From contig NIVC01003955.1 of assembly GCA_002269645.1 (NCBI GenBank), positions 1 to 64,000 of the forward strand: a DNA stretch of 64,000 nucleotides, given 5' to 3'. The stretch comes from Macrostomum lignano. Taxonomy: Eukaryota. Every line of letters starts with the position of its first letter. Position 1 is the first letter of the stretch. A program made the position numbers and the translations under genes. Positions 12,133-25,200 of this stretch are shown one piece after another. The notes below the pieces were generated by a model. The model was not told where the DNA came from. It saw only the letters and a program-made list of their open reading frames with translations, and searched no databases.

Positions 12133-13070
12133 AGGGATGCAGGGAGCTAGGAGGGATGCAGGGAGCTAGGAGGGATGCAGGGAGCTAGAGGGATACAGGG
12201 AGCTAGGAGGGATGCAGGGAGCTAGGAGGGATGCAGGGAGCTAGGAGGGATGCAGGGAGCTAGGAGGGATGCAGGGAGCTAGGAGGGATGCAGGGAGCTA
12301 GGAGGGATGCAGGGAGCTAGGAGGGATGCAGGGAGCTAGGAGGGCTGCAGGGAGCTAGGAGGGATACAGGGAGCTAGGAGGGATGCAGGGAGCTAGGAGG
12401 GCTGCAGGGAGCTAGGAGGGATACAGGGAGCTAGGAGGGATGCAGGGAGCTAGGAGGGATGCAGGGAGCTAGGAGGGATACAGGGAGCTAGGAGGGATGC
12501 AGCGAGCTAGGAGGGATACAGGGATGCAGGGAGCTAGCAGGGATTCAGGGAGCTAGCAGAGATGCAGGGAGCTAGCAGAGATGCAGGGAGCTAGCAGAGA
12601 TGCAGGGAGCTAGCAGAGATGCAGGGAGCTAGCAGGGATTCAGGGAGCTAGCAGAGATGCAGGGAGCTAGCAGAGATGCAGGGAGCTAGCAGAGATGCAG
12701 GGAGCTAGCAGAGATGCAGGGAGCTAGCAGAGATGCAGGGAGCTAGCAGAGATGCAGGGAGCTAGCAGAGATGCAGGGAACTAGCAGAGATGCAGGGAGC
12801 TAGCAGAGATGCAGGGAGCTAGCAGAAATGCAGGGAGCTAGCAGAGATGCAGGGAGCTAGCAGAGATGCAGGGAGCTAGCAGAGATGCAGGGAGCTAGCA
12901 GAGATGCAGGGAGCTAGCAGGGATGCAGGGAGCTAGCAGAGATGCAGGGAGCTATCAGGGATGCAGGGAGCTAGCAGAGATGCAGGGAGCTAGCAGGGAT
13001 GCAGGGAGCTAGCAGAGATGCAGGGAGCTAGCAGGGATGCAGGGAGCTGGCAGAGATGCAGCGAGGTGCA
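12133..13070 (+). repeat. 19-bp minisatellite (GGGAGCTAGGAGGGATGCA, then GGGAGCTAGCAGAGATGCA)
   Basis: Tandem 19-bp units; the variant type switches around 12530-12560. Confidence 0.97.
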
Positions 13071-13729
13071 GCGATGTATGAATCCGCAAGTCACCGATCA
13101 GTCGGAGATGAAGGAGAGACAGATCGTATAATAAAGTTTATGAATCTAATTTTCACTGTTTATGTTACGTGGAAAATGTTTTTTATCATGCCTTGAATGA
13201 ACTTTGACAGTGAAATTGAAACGGCATGCTTGCTACTTTTGTTTTAGTTCTTGCAAGATTCAAATTGAATAAAGTTTTCCTGTATTCTAACCGAGGTTCA
13301 GTTTCTGATTGATGTCCCGTGTGTTCGGGACACTGCGGGTCGGCAACAGTCAACTCTGAGCACATGGTCTGCATCAGTCAGAATCTTCGAGTACATAGGA
13401 CTGATGCAGACTGCAGCTTTAACAGGTAATTTGCAATTTAGAATTCATGCTTTCTTGCCACAGCTCACGTAAGTTAGAGACCATCTAACTTTATATTAGC
13501 TGTATCATCATTAAACTATATCCAAATACTCAAGCACACACTGCTGTTAAGTAGGAACAAGCGAGACATTTAGGCACGACAAAACTCTTGAGGCCCAAGT
13601 TGGCCAAAGTCAGACTATATATATTGTCAAGTGAAGCGGGTTGAAATATTGATTCATGCAATGTACAGTGTCACGTGTACATAGAGCTAGTGTGCATTTT
13701 GAATTAAGAAAGAGTTCTAAAACGCGACA

Positions 13730-13778
13730 CACAACATTGACAACATTGACATTGACATTGACATTGACAACATTGACT
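13730..13778. repeat. (CATTGA)n / CAACATTGA short tandem repeat
   Basis: Direct inspection. Confidence 0.85.
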
Positions 13779-13964
13779 CTTCCACAACATCGACACACAA
13801 AATTGAAGGCTGGATGAAAGATATTGCTGATTAGCTTGAAGGTGACTGGACAGTTTTAAGTTTTCAGATTTAGGAAACTGGAACTCCTTTCAATGGCGGA
13901 ATGGAGATTTCTTTGATTATCACATTTACCAACACTTCTATTCGGTAGGTAACTCCAACTCCAT

Positions 13965-14168
13965 GAACATCATTTGTGCCCTTGAGCAAGACACTTAACT
14001 CTGCATTGCTTCACTTCACCCAGCTGTAAAATGGGTCCCAGCATTAGGTGGGGTAATTGAGGGTGCGTAGCGACCCCCGCGCCGCGCAATAGCTGCGGCT
14101 GAGCTGTCGGTTGCACAGCTGGCCAATTAGGGCAGGTGTAATCAATTATCACTATTAATTATTATTAC
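13965..14168 (+). mobile_element. 5'-truncated tRNA-derived SINE
   Basis: ccttgagcaagacacttaactct...cacccagctgtaaaatgggt...gcgcaatagctgcggctgagctgtc...gggcaggtgt-atcaattat is shared with 30767-30965; AT-rich tail. Confidence 0.85.
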
Positions 14169-14554
14169 GCTCAGAAAAAATGGGCCTGAAATCGTAGCAC
14201 TGTTTCCTGCTGCGAGTATTAACGTAACTGATATGAGTCATTGATTTAGGATTTCACGAGTGAAAATATCCCAGGTAAAATAACAATGATGACTTTGACA
14301 ATATATTAGATTATTTGAGTGGATGATGACTCACTTATAGGAGCCGTGGTAAAAAAGCATGAGCTCTAAGCTACCAAAGTACCTGTTGAAGCTGCAGACT
14401 GCATCAGTCCTATGCGCTTGAAGATTCTAACTGATGTTGACTCATCCCCTGTGCTCAGAGTTGACCGATGCCGACCTGCAGTTTCCTGAACACACGTGAG
14501 GTCTCTCAAATATTGCCGGTTTCAGACAAGCGCCTGCAGGAAAGCAGCCAGCAT

Positions 14555-15135
14555 CTGTCACCGATCCCTGCATCTCTGCCACCTCCCTGCATCTCTGCCA
14601 CCGCCCTGCATCTCTCTCACCTCCCTGCATCTCCGCCACCTCCCTGCCTCTTTCTCACCTCCCTGCCTCTTTCTCACCTCCCTGCCTCTTTCTCACCTCC
14701 ATGCATCTCTGTCACCGCCCTGCATCTCTGTCACCGCCCTGCATCTCTCTCACCTCCCTGCATCTCTGCCTCCGCCCTGCGTCTCTATCACCTCCCTGCA
14801 TCTCTGCCTCCGCCCTGCGTCTCTATCACCTCCCTGCCTCTTTCTCACCTCCATGCATCTCTGTCACCGCCCTGCATCTCTGTCACCGCCCTGCATCTCT
14901 CTCACCTCCCTGCATCTCTGCCTCCGCCCTGCGTCTCTATCACCTTCCTGCATCTCTGCCACCTCCCTGCATCTCTGCTACCTTCCTGCATCTCTGCCAC
15001 CTCCTTGCATCTCTGCCACCGCCCTGCATCTCTGCCTCCGCCCTGCGTCTCTATCACCTCCCTGCATCTCTGCCACCACCCTGCATCTCTGCCTCCGCCC
15101 TGCATCTCTGCCTCCCTGCATCTCTACCAACTTGC
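14555..15135 (-). repeat. Related 19-bp minisatellite in inverted orientation (CCTGCATCTCTGCCACCTC-like on plus)
   Basis: The reverse complement shares GCAGAGATGCAGGG with the 12133-13070 array; units are more degenerate. Confidence 0.93.
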
Positions 15136-16189
15136 CGCATCTCCCAAAAGCATATATTGACCGCTTAAGTAATTTTTTACCTATTGTTGCTCCGAGAATA
15201 AAAACCAAAGCAGATTGCTTCGAGTATTTAATTAGGGTGTATTGAATTAGCAGTCTTTGTCAGCTTAAACACTGACTACAGAAGTTAAAACGAAATCATT
15301 ACCACAAATTTCTGAGCCAGAAAGTACATCATGTAAACCCGAGGATTTGTTTTCATGGCAAAATGTTCAACTGCTAGGGAAAGCTACAGTTTAAAATTTT
15401 CTCGGCCTACTTAACAAGTTTTTAAAAGATTTTCAATTCCCCATCGTAGCCCATGAGCGAGCAAGCATGGTACGGAAGGGTGCGGATGCGTGCAGGAAGG
15501 CAACTGCAGGGAGCTGCAGTCGAGCGGCCTTGGCATGCACCGAAAGCAGACGCTGAAAGACAGCTGAACTGAGTCTTTTCCGCTCGTCTAAAAAACCTCC
15601 AGAAATTCTCTGGCAGGAAAAAAAGACGGGCGGCTTTGGACAGACGAGTGCATTTAGTGTTTATTAATAATTGGGAATTGTTCGAGTTGTCTGAGTGCAA
15701 AGTCAGTAACAGTGAAAGATTCGAGTATCAGGTAAAAATAGATTATCTCGGTCGGGGTTATTTCAGGAAGAAAACAGCAAAAATTTATTTTAGAAAAGTT
15801 GACTTATAAGTGTGAAGAAAGTCAGTTGAAAGCATGGCGCTTATATTCCCTAGATAGGCCACGTTGTATGGCGACAGTTATACATAAGGTAAGTAGTTAT
15901 AATTAGAGTTTCTCAACTCTGATGTCCTGCCCTTCTTACAATGTTTTCAGCACTAGTATTATAGTTGATGATAATTGAACTGTAATTGAACTCAGTATTC
16001 AACGAATTCAGCTATTAAAGTTTTGAGAAAATAGGTTGACCCTTTTCTTCTGAACTCAATCAAATATATGTGGAGAAAGCTAATCTGATTCCTTGTGTCT
16101 ACTTTTTTAAACCTTACTCTTATGTCCCAGAAGAGTAGCGTCAAGTAGAGACTGGTAAGTCCCTACGTCAACAAGCGGCTGCAATGGCA

Positions 16190-17578
16190 TCAGGTGCCCG
16201 AATCGCAAGCGGCCGAGGTCGACTCCAGCAGGACGGAGACGAAGCCCTGGTGCCCGGTAGAGGTGCCACCGAACACGCAGCCGCCCCTGCAGAAGGAGCC
16301 GCCGCCTCCGCCGCCTCCACCGAAGCCTCCGTCGCAGACGCTGCCGTCTCCGGCGCTGCCGCCGACCCAGCCGTCGGCCAGACTGCCGCCTCTCTCTCCG
16401 TCCGAGGAGCTCCGCCTGCGCTTGACGGCCCTGCCGAGCCAGCCGGCGCCGCAGCCTCCATGGGTTCTATCGCTTCTGGTGTCAGCGGGATTGTTGTAGC
16501 CCGGCTGACCGTTGCTGCCGCCGAATCCCGTGTATTTAGCGACGTTACCCAGGCTGTCAGAACCGTTTATCCCAGTCTCTCCTGGTTTACCTACGGTAAA
16601 ATGAAATTGTTGATTCAAGTGGATTTTTTTTATAATTTACACTACAGCTACTGGGCTCACCATTTTCTAAGCAAGAAGCTCCGCCGCCTCCGCCGGCAGC
16701 CAGCAGCAGCAGCTGGTCACCCGTCCGGTACACGAAGCTGCCGCCGCCTCCGCCGCCTCCTTCGCTATTTCGAGAGGTCGAGCCGCCCATCTGGCCCACA
16801 ACGATGCTCAGCTGGGTGCCGGCTGTCAGGTTGACTCTGGCGCTCACCTGGGCTCCCTGGCCTCCGGCTTTGTTCGTCAGTAAGTTGTCGCCACCTCTGG
16901 CGCCGGCAGCTTTGATCAGGTAGCAGCCGGTCGTGTTGATGAGGACGCTTTGGATTGAGCCGTTTCTACCTGTGCTGCTGTCTGCAACGGAGCAGCGTCG
17001 TGCAGAACTGGAGTGAGTGCAATTTCTGTCTGCCGAAATCTTGGTAAGAACTTACGACTAAGACTATGCATTGATGACTCACTCCAAAGCTGCACTGCAG
17101 GCGAAGGCCAGTCGCTGTCGTCCGCCTTCCACACCTTCGCACCGACCTGAGATCCGATGACTTGCTGCACCTGATTTGCTGAGATTGACAGCTTGGCGGT
17201 TGTTATGGTGACCATCTCGCACGTGGCATTGCTCTCCACCGAGATGGCAGCGCTGCAGCTCACCCTCTGGCACTTCGCTAGACAGTCGATATGAGTGGCC
17301 TTGGTTGTTGTCGTGACGTTGTTGTAGGCGTTCAGAACGGCTTCCAGCATGTGAAGCTGCTGCTCTGGGCACACAGAATAGGTCCGCAAACTGGTGCCTT
17401 GTACTCGCAGCACGAGAGAGCAGCAAACTGCGTTGGGATAATTTACTTCGTTGTCATTAAAGAACAGAGTGCAAACTAAAGCGTGAAACTAATTGGTATT
17501 AAAATCATAGTGGCGGCTATAGTTCAGTCACTTACCGAATATATAAGCAAATTTTATCGATAAAAGTTGTTTTGCCAT
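16190..17578 (-). CDS. Paralogue C of the PAN-like + ALK/LTK-type Gly-rich secreted protein; reading frame intact, with an in-frame deletion in the last exon
   Basis: Exons 17578-17536, 17427-17083, 16981-16661, 16590-16190 splice into one open frame (track ORFs 16916..17413, 16587..16847, 16190..16618). Confidence 0.85.
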
Positions 17579-20569
17579 TCTTTTGCAGCGATACGAAGAT
17601 TATTTTAGCTTTCAGCTTTTTTCTGGTTTTAATTGAGTGACGATACACTTAAAAAGGCTTCAGTAGTGCGTTTGCAACCTGTTTTATGAGCTGCTGTCAG
17701 GTGGCAATTTTATTGAGACTGAGACAAATACACGGAAAGAAAGTCTGTGAAAATCGGGCATCGCAGCCAATCCTAGTGTAGGCTTCATGGCTCTCGTGCG
17801 TTTTATCAGTTGATGAGTCTGGGAGTACTGCTCTGCATGTGTTCTCTTATTTTAGAACTTTCAGGAGTAAAGACATCGCTGCTTCTATATGCTTCTATAA
17901 CTAAATATATAAAAATTATATAAATCTATATATTTAGTCTTAGTCCCCCATCGATTGATGGTAATTGGAATTTCAGCAGTTGCCCTGCGAACCCTGGCAT
18001 CTCCCCAATCCAATCCAAATATTGGATGCCTTCACTTTTAAAGACGATTTTTAGTTTTGGTAACAGCCGAAAAATTAGCAGGGGATTCCGCCTTCAAACG
18101 GATTGCTCCGAATTCGTATTGATTGAAATACGCTCATAAGAGATCAGATAATCAGCTTTGTAGAGTTTCTGGTCAACAATTTTGCATTTTGTATTTTTTT
18201 TATCGCCTGTTCTGCGTCCTCTGTCACCCGTCTTGATTAGTCTCAAGACTTTCTAGAGCAGATCGTAATGCTCGTGGAAGCAGCGGTGCAGCGGGACACA
18301 GTGGTCGTCCTCGGATACTTGAAAGCGGGGGCAACGCTGGTGTTACACTTTAGACTATCCGGGGTTTTTTGTCTGGCCCGGATATCCGAACGCACTTACA
18401 ATATCCGCCCGGATACTGCCAAGCAAAAAAACCTGCTTTGTTTTCTCCTTCCCGGATATCTTGAGCTGATTTGCATTGTCCGGGCACTTTGAGATGTCTC
18501 TCCCGGACATCCTACGGCACCGACTCTGCTATCCGGCCCGGAGATCACAAGAAGGGGAAGTTGTCTTAGGACATCCGATTGTAGGTTGAAAGAGAGGGGT
18601 CAGCCTTCAGGTTTGCTTTAGGACATCCAGATACTGATATCCGGGGCTATAGAAATAGAAACTTTCGAGAAGACTTTTCGCAAAGTAGAAAATCACTTTT
18701 TGCTACTTTTTCCATGGCAAACATCTGCGTCATGCTTATTTAACGGTGCATATTTCAAAAACCATTTCGCGTTTCACTCTCCAAAAGGAACTAAAATTAA
18801 AGCTACTATTGTCAACCAAAAACCAGTTTGTTACTCCATTCACCAATCTAATTCGATAAATCAAAAATTGGCCATCCGCTTAGATGCTTTCCGTTTTCAC
18901 AGTTTGGGAAACCAGCCAGCTGATAAGTACGAGCTAATTTTGCCGAGACATTTGTCTCTCTCTTGTACTGTAATGTTCTGGCAGCTCAACATGCTCGTCG
19001 CTAAAAACGTAAAAAAACACTTGTTTTAGCGTTGCTTTGGCCACCGAGTGAATTATTTTTCCAAAACGTAGGACTTAGGCAAGAAATTTATTCCAACTAT
19101 CTGAAAAGAATAGTTGTATTATAATTTTAGCGAACATTCCTTTGCGGCCTATTAGCTCGTACACTGATATTCATGGCATGTACGCTTGCACGGGTAGATG
19201 TACGCTTGCACGGGCATCTTATCTGCCCCTCCCAAGCACTCTGAGTCAGTCCTATTCTCGCTTAATGATGTTCCTTCGGCTTCTGCCCCACGCATTCACA
19301 AGCGCCTGGTCTTGTAAATAATTTGACTAACTTGCCACCCCAATTTTTATTCACCCGGACAATTCAAGACCCATGACATTTCAAAGCCCGATTTTGTTGC
19401 GCCTTGGATTATCCAGGGTAGGTTATCGCAAAGCGACAATAATTTTGCTTTGCGATGTCCCCCGGACAAATTAAGACCCCGGTGAACAGAAAGCCTTACG
19501 CCGGAGTACATCTGCCTTCCTGGATAGACGCGTCATATGGTGTCAGCTAATACCCGATTCCGCAAGGAAGCCGATTCGGCAGGCAAGGGAAGAGCTTGAG
19601 AGGCTCTGTTGTATTGTAGATTAGTAGTGTAGTGACTTGGCTTGTGTATTGTGGGGTGCTGAGTGGGTTGCTGCGTACACTTTACCATCGTGCTCTTTAA
19701 CTCTCTCCTTCGCTTGTTCTTTTGTGCGTACATGCACGTGACTTGTCTATTTTACAGTCCCCAAATTATTGATCGGTTAAAATACTATTTCGACAAATAC
19801 ATATATGAATGATTTTATCATGCTATCGCATAAGCATCTTTCTGCCACGCAAACTAAGTGAAGTTTTTTTCGTATTTCTGCTTTGTCTGCTCTTGCTTAT
19901 CTTGTCAGCCTGTCCATAGCCCGTGGTTATTCCCCTACCACGAGATTTTTACTTGAGATTATTTACGGAAGAGCGGGTTTACCAGCAAGTGTAACTGGAA
20001 ACAGACGGATATCCAACAACTTTCAGCATCAAATTTCTATTGTTATTGCATTTGATATCAGTCGAATCAAATGAGCTTATTAACGTAGATTAAACTTTTT
20101 ATCTTCCTTAGTCTGCCTGAATGCACATGCATCATAAAAAGCTTAACCGACTCTAAACATAGTTTTAGGCTCTACGTTTTTTAACTATTTATTATATGCG
20201 AGCGGTTGAGTCCTAATGTTTCAGTGGAAAACAAAGCAAAAACTGTAGAAATGAGGAAACAGTGCAGGTAAACAGAGAAAGATATCGTTAGTTTTTTAGT
20301 CCACTTCAAGATGAATAAAAATCAAAACCATTAAAGTAGATATGTCTTCAACATTAGATTACTGTTTTCGTTTGTTTTATGTTTTTGCAGTTTTTTTTCC
20401 TTTTCATTTAACCGAAATTAAAATAGTGAGAAATAGTTGTCTGAAAACAATAGGGAAATATTTCAATATAACGACTGTTAACTGTAACTTTACCGCTCAT
20501 CATCTATGCTTCTAACTTTGCACTTGTAGCACAGAATTAAGTCTTCTTTCAAGAGAATTCAGCAATTAA

Positions 20570-21334
20570 TCAGCGACCGCAGATCTCCACTTCACACATA
20601 TTCAAAGGTACGTCTTGCAGGTTAACAATCCTCACTTTGCTGCCGAAAGCCTTGCAGGTGAAGCTGGCCACAGAGAACGGCACCGTCAGGTTCACCCGGT
20701 TGCACTCGACACCGTCAGCAATCAGTGACAGCTTGTTGAGTCGGTACATGCAGCAATCAACTCTGTTGTAGATGGTGACGTGAGAGATGAAGGCAGGTCT
20801 GGCCAGCTGGCCCTCCCACCAGCCGCTTTTTCCTTCACCAGTGTGGCTACAGAATCCTTTTTTAGCGTCCTGATTTTTTACTCCATCGATGGCCCTCTCG
20901 CACACTGAGCCGTATTCAACCGAGCTCTGCTGGCAGCTGATGAATCGCAGCTTGGCTTTGTCTGCAATGTCCCAGAGTTCCTTTCAGTTATTTTATTGAT
21001 TCATACCAAAACTCGGGCGGGTTCGCAGTGAGGACTCACCCGTCAGCATGATGTGCAGGTCGCACTCATCCGAGCTGTGCCAAGTGCCGTTTTCAAAAGC
21101 CCACAGATCGAAGAAGCGGCAGAGGCCCCGCAGCAGGCTGAAGCCGAAGCAGGCGGGTCTCAGGGCGCAGAGCGATGCGCACTCCAGGCTGACGCTGCCT
21201 GGCGCAGAGTCCGTGACTGTCGGAGCCACCGCACTGCGAGTTCTGACCGTCTGGAACAGGCTTTGAGTGGATATCGGCATGAAGAAGAGGGCTGTACTTA
21301 GCAGCAGCCGCAACAGTGAGCGTTTTGAGTTCAT
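20570..21334 (-). CDS. Secreted PAN/apple-like + F-type lectin (fucolectin/FTP) domain protein
   Basis: Exons 21334-21040 and 20961-20570, phase 1. Signal-like MNSKRSLLRLLLSTALFFMPISTQS; CASLCALRPACFGF...C pattern; RAIDG...CSHT...WW...NRVDCCMYR with the exact H-x26-R-x-D-x4-R fucose-binding motif. Confidence 0.88.
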
Positions 21335-22299
21335 TTGAGACTTTTCCGTTGACAAGAATTTGTGAAGGCCATAAAAGAACAAATTGTCGGATATTTTTCT
21401 ATTTAAAATGCCATTTGCGTGTGCGCTTTATCGGACGAACTTTTTTATTGGCCAGTTTGGTTTGTGGATCACGTGGTTTGATGGTCCTATTGGTGATTGT
21501 GTAAACGGGCAATTAAGACGAAGTAAAGGTGAGGTGGGAGTCCCGCTGTTGCTATTCAATAGTTAAAGGGTATCATACCGCAAAACGATATCTTTAGTAT
21601 TAATTTTGTTTTCGAGGACACATTCTGTCTGTGGGAATAGCCCCATTGTATTAACTTGCAATTGTACGCATTATAGAGGCACTATAGAGGCGCGAATTAT
21701 AGTTCGTGTGATAAGCCATCGAATGAACTGAGATAGTGATCAGCCGACACTTAATTGCCAACTTTCAATTGCCGACTGACTTTTTACAGACGTCTTGAGT
21801 CGTGGTAACTTTTTTGTGTTCTAAATTGCAGCTACGAAATGGTTAATCTCCTGTTTTGTACTTTAAGCTATGAGACGAGAGGCCCACCTCATACGAGCGG
21901 TACACAAGAGTGAATCACAATAGTCAAGAATCAGCTACGCGCACTAGAAGTACTCTGTATTCTGTAATAAGGTTTCACAATTGTATTCGTAAATTTATTC
22001 GACTGTAAAAGCAACCAAACCTCTGCCTAGCAAGCGTCGGCTGGATAGCATGGTACCCAATTGCCTCACTAATAAGAGCAAATTACGAGTATACGTTTTG
22101 CTAACAAATATTTCTATACATATTTTAAAACTAATTAGTCTTGACAGTATTAATCTTGACAAGCTGTAGGCTGATTCTATTAAAAATATACGTTGACGAC
22201 AGGTAACGTTGACTCATATGAGAAATGCAGACACGTTCATAACGAAAAGTCACCTGAGATAAGCAACGACTACAGCTAAACGAGGCTATCGATGAAGCA

Positions 22300-25200
22300 G
22301 CAGTTGCTTGGACTGGCTGAATTTTGTCTTCAAACAATGGATTCTATCAATGCTTTGTCAAAGTTTCATTTGCGTCTGCCTTGGCTTCCGGTAAAGTCTC
22401 CAACTTCGTCTCACTTGCAATTTTTTTTCGTAAGCGACCGTATTGATTTTGAGGAAACCAGTTTAACAAAAGGGATTGTGGCTTTGTAGACTCCGGAAGC
22501 TCGCCAGTGAGTTTGCAAGTTTGCTTTCTTGTTATAACTCACTGCCACCAATGCAGTTGACCTGAGAAAAGTTGTTTCCGTCTCTGGTCCAACTTTTGGA
22601 AAAATAGCTCATCCGTCGATTCTTTGCCGAGCATTTTTCATGGGCGTAGCTTTTCCAAAGCTGAGAAATATTTCTTACGATTAACTGCTTTGTGGGTTGG
22701 CTAAGCTTGTTGAGCAAGCACTATGTGTACGAGTAATTCACTTGTAGAATGCAGAATACAGAAGTGAAAATATGTAAAGGCTAGAAGATTACAGAATCTA
22801 GAAGCACATGCATCACATTAAGTGAATAATGTTTGAATTTGAGTGTTATATATTTTATAAAATTCGTTATGGCAGTATATAAATAACACTAGACTAGCTA
22901 ATTGCTTAATAACATAAATTTTAGTTATGCTATTAGACATAGACAGCTGCAAGTTCAATATTTACTATTTAGAATTAAAATTCTCAATTTTCAAGACAGC
23001 CCACTCCAGCAGTTCCATATTGAAACAAAAGTTCGATAAATGCGTGTTTGAATGTGTCAGAAAAATAAGATCACGCTTGTCTAAAATCATACAACATAGG
23101 CTTCTCTGGAAAGGTAAGAATAATACGAATTTTTATAAATAGTTCTTATTATAAAATGCGTTGGAAACTAACAATGTAGTGACACTCTTCACCCAGGTTG
23201 ATCCGATACCTGAGACACTGGCATAGAAAGTTATTCATATGATGAGGGCTACTTCATTCAGCATTCTAAGGGCGCACAGATCCGATCTGAATGCCTTCAA
23301 TGCCCAGTGCCGGCGAGTCAATGATTGGCTCAACGAGTTGCATCAACTGATGGAGCGATCGACTGTTTTTACTTCGATAAAGTTTACTAACTATCTGGTT
23401 TGTCACTGGCGTTTTCAAGTTTAACTGTTAAACCTAATTTTTAGCCCGCGACCCTTAGTTCAACCCTCCCAGATCCTTATTTGCTGGGCCACCAGCCTCC
23501 CATATCCTCAATCGCTGGGTCAGCCTCCCAGATCCTCAGTTGCTAAACCAGCAGCCTCCCAGATCCTCAGTTGCTGGGTCACCAGCCTCCCAGATTTGTC
23601 AGTTGCCGGGTCAGCCTCCCAGATTCAGAGTTGTTGGGTCACCAGCCTCCCAGAGTGTCTGTTGCTGGGCCAGCCTCCCAGATCCTCAATTGCTAAACCA
23701 ACAGCCTCCGAGATCCTCAGTTGTTGGGCCAGCAGGCTCCCAGATCCTCAGACTGTACTTCCATTCTCCCCAGATTTCGCACCTTCCAATCCTCTCTGCA
23801 GGAAGCTGAGCGCTTGCTTTTCCATCATCTGCCGGAGCTCAGAGCAGCCTGTCGGGAAGCCCGCCGACTTTGCCAGCTGGAGCCCCAGCTGAGTCCGCTG
23901 CTCGCAAAATCTGTGAACAAGCTGCAAACTGTCTGGATGGCTGTTGAAGATCGTCTAGCTGAGTTCAAGCCTCAACGGAATCTACTAACTGGTAAGATCT
24001 CTGACAGGGGCAGAGCACTTTTTTAGCTCAACGGAAGCCGCATCCGACTCTCGCGCCACTGTGCAAAGACACTTGACAGGGGCTGGCCGTGCGATTCAAA
24101 CCTATGAAGGTCATCCTGTCAAGACACAGAGTTTGTACATGACTGACTATGCCTTTACTTGCAGCAGTGCCCTAAATCCCCGAAAACGTAAATATAGACC
24201 AATGGCGAGAAGGTTTGCATTTAATATTCAAGTCGATAATTTCAGCGGTATCTGGTGACTTAAAGCACCTGCCGATGACGTGTCATAGTGAGTGTATTTT
24301 AATCAAGATCGTTCTGAAACTACGTCACTTTCAAATATAAAAATTACTAAAGTATATTTAATTATCTTCAAGAGGATGTCCACTTGACAGCGGATTCCAA
24401 GAAGCCGAGGCATGTTTGCTGCATGCAAAGAATTGAACAGCTAGACTTTGACGTTCAGGTATGCTCAAACTGATGACTTTTTCAGTGACATTTTTGTGAA
24501 AAGTAATGGAATGCATTCGTTTTTCTTCATATTTGCTTGTTGACAGAAAAAGGACAGAAAAATTCAAGAGCTGCTCAATGTGACTTCAGCAGTGAGCGCA
24601 GTGCTTGACTTGGTGTGTGTTTCAGGCGATCAAGCAGTCGAACGGTTCAATCAAGAGGCTAGCAATGAATGCCATCTCACTATGTCATCATCTTCAGTGG
24701 CTCGAACTGTCGGTTTCAGCTCTGTTTGGGTGGGCAAATATTTGTTTTAATTGACTTGATCAACTCAACGTTATTAATCACGATCGGTGCAAAAGTTAAA
24801 ACGTTGTAAAAGCTCTTGATTTTCAGGTAGAACTGTACATTAACAAATTAATTATTCTAGCTAGCAATACTTTTCCTTATACAGTGTATATACAGCTTTA
24901 TTATATTGTCCACTATAACAGGTAGCAGATATGTCCATTTAACAGGCAGCTCTAGTGTCCATTAACAGGTAGCTCTAGTGCACATTAACAGGTAGCTCTA
25001 GTGCACATTAATAGGTAGCTCTAGTGCACATTAACAGGTAGCTCTAGTGCACATTAACAGGTAGCTCTAGTGCACATTAACAGGTAGCTCTAGTGCACAT
25101 TAACAGGTAGCTCTAGTGCACATTAACAGGTAGCTCTAGTGCACATTAACAGGTAGCTCTAGTGTCCATTAACAAGCAGCTCTAGTTTCCATTAACAGGC

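Noticed and set aside
14468-15245. 230-249 aa Pro/Ser/Cys-rich ORFs
   Set aside because: Minisatellite translations; likewise 55922-56449, 58367-59046 and 38943-39882.
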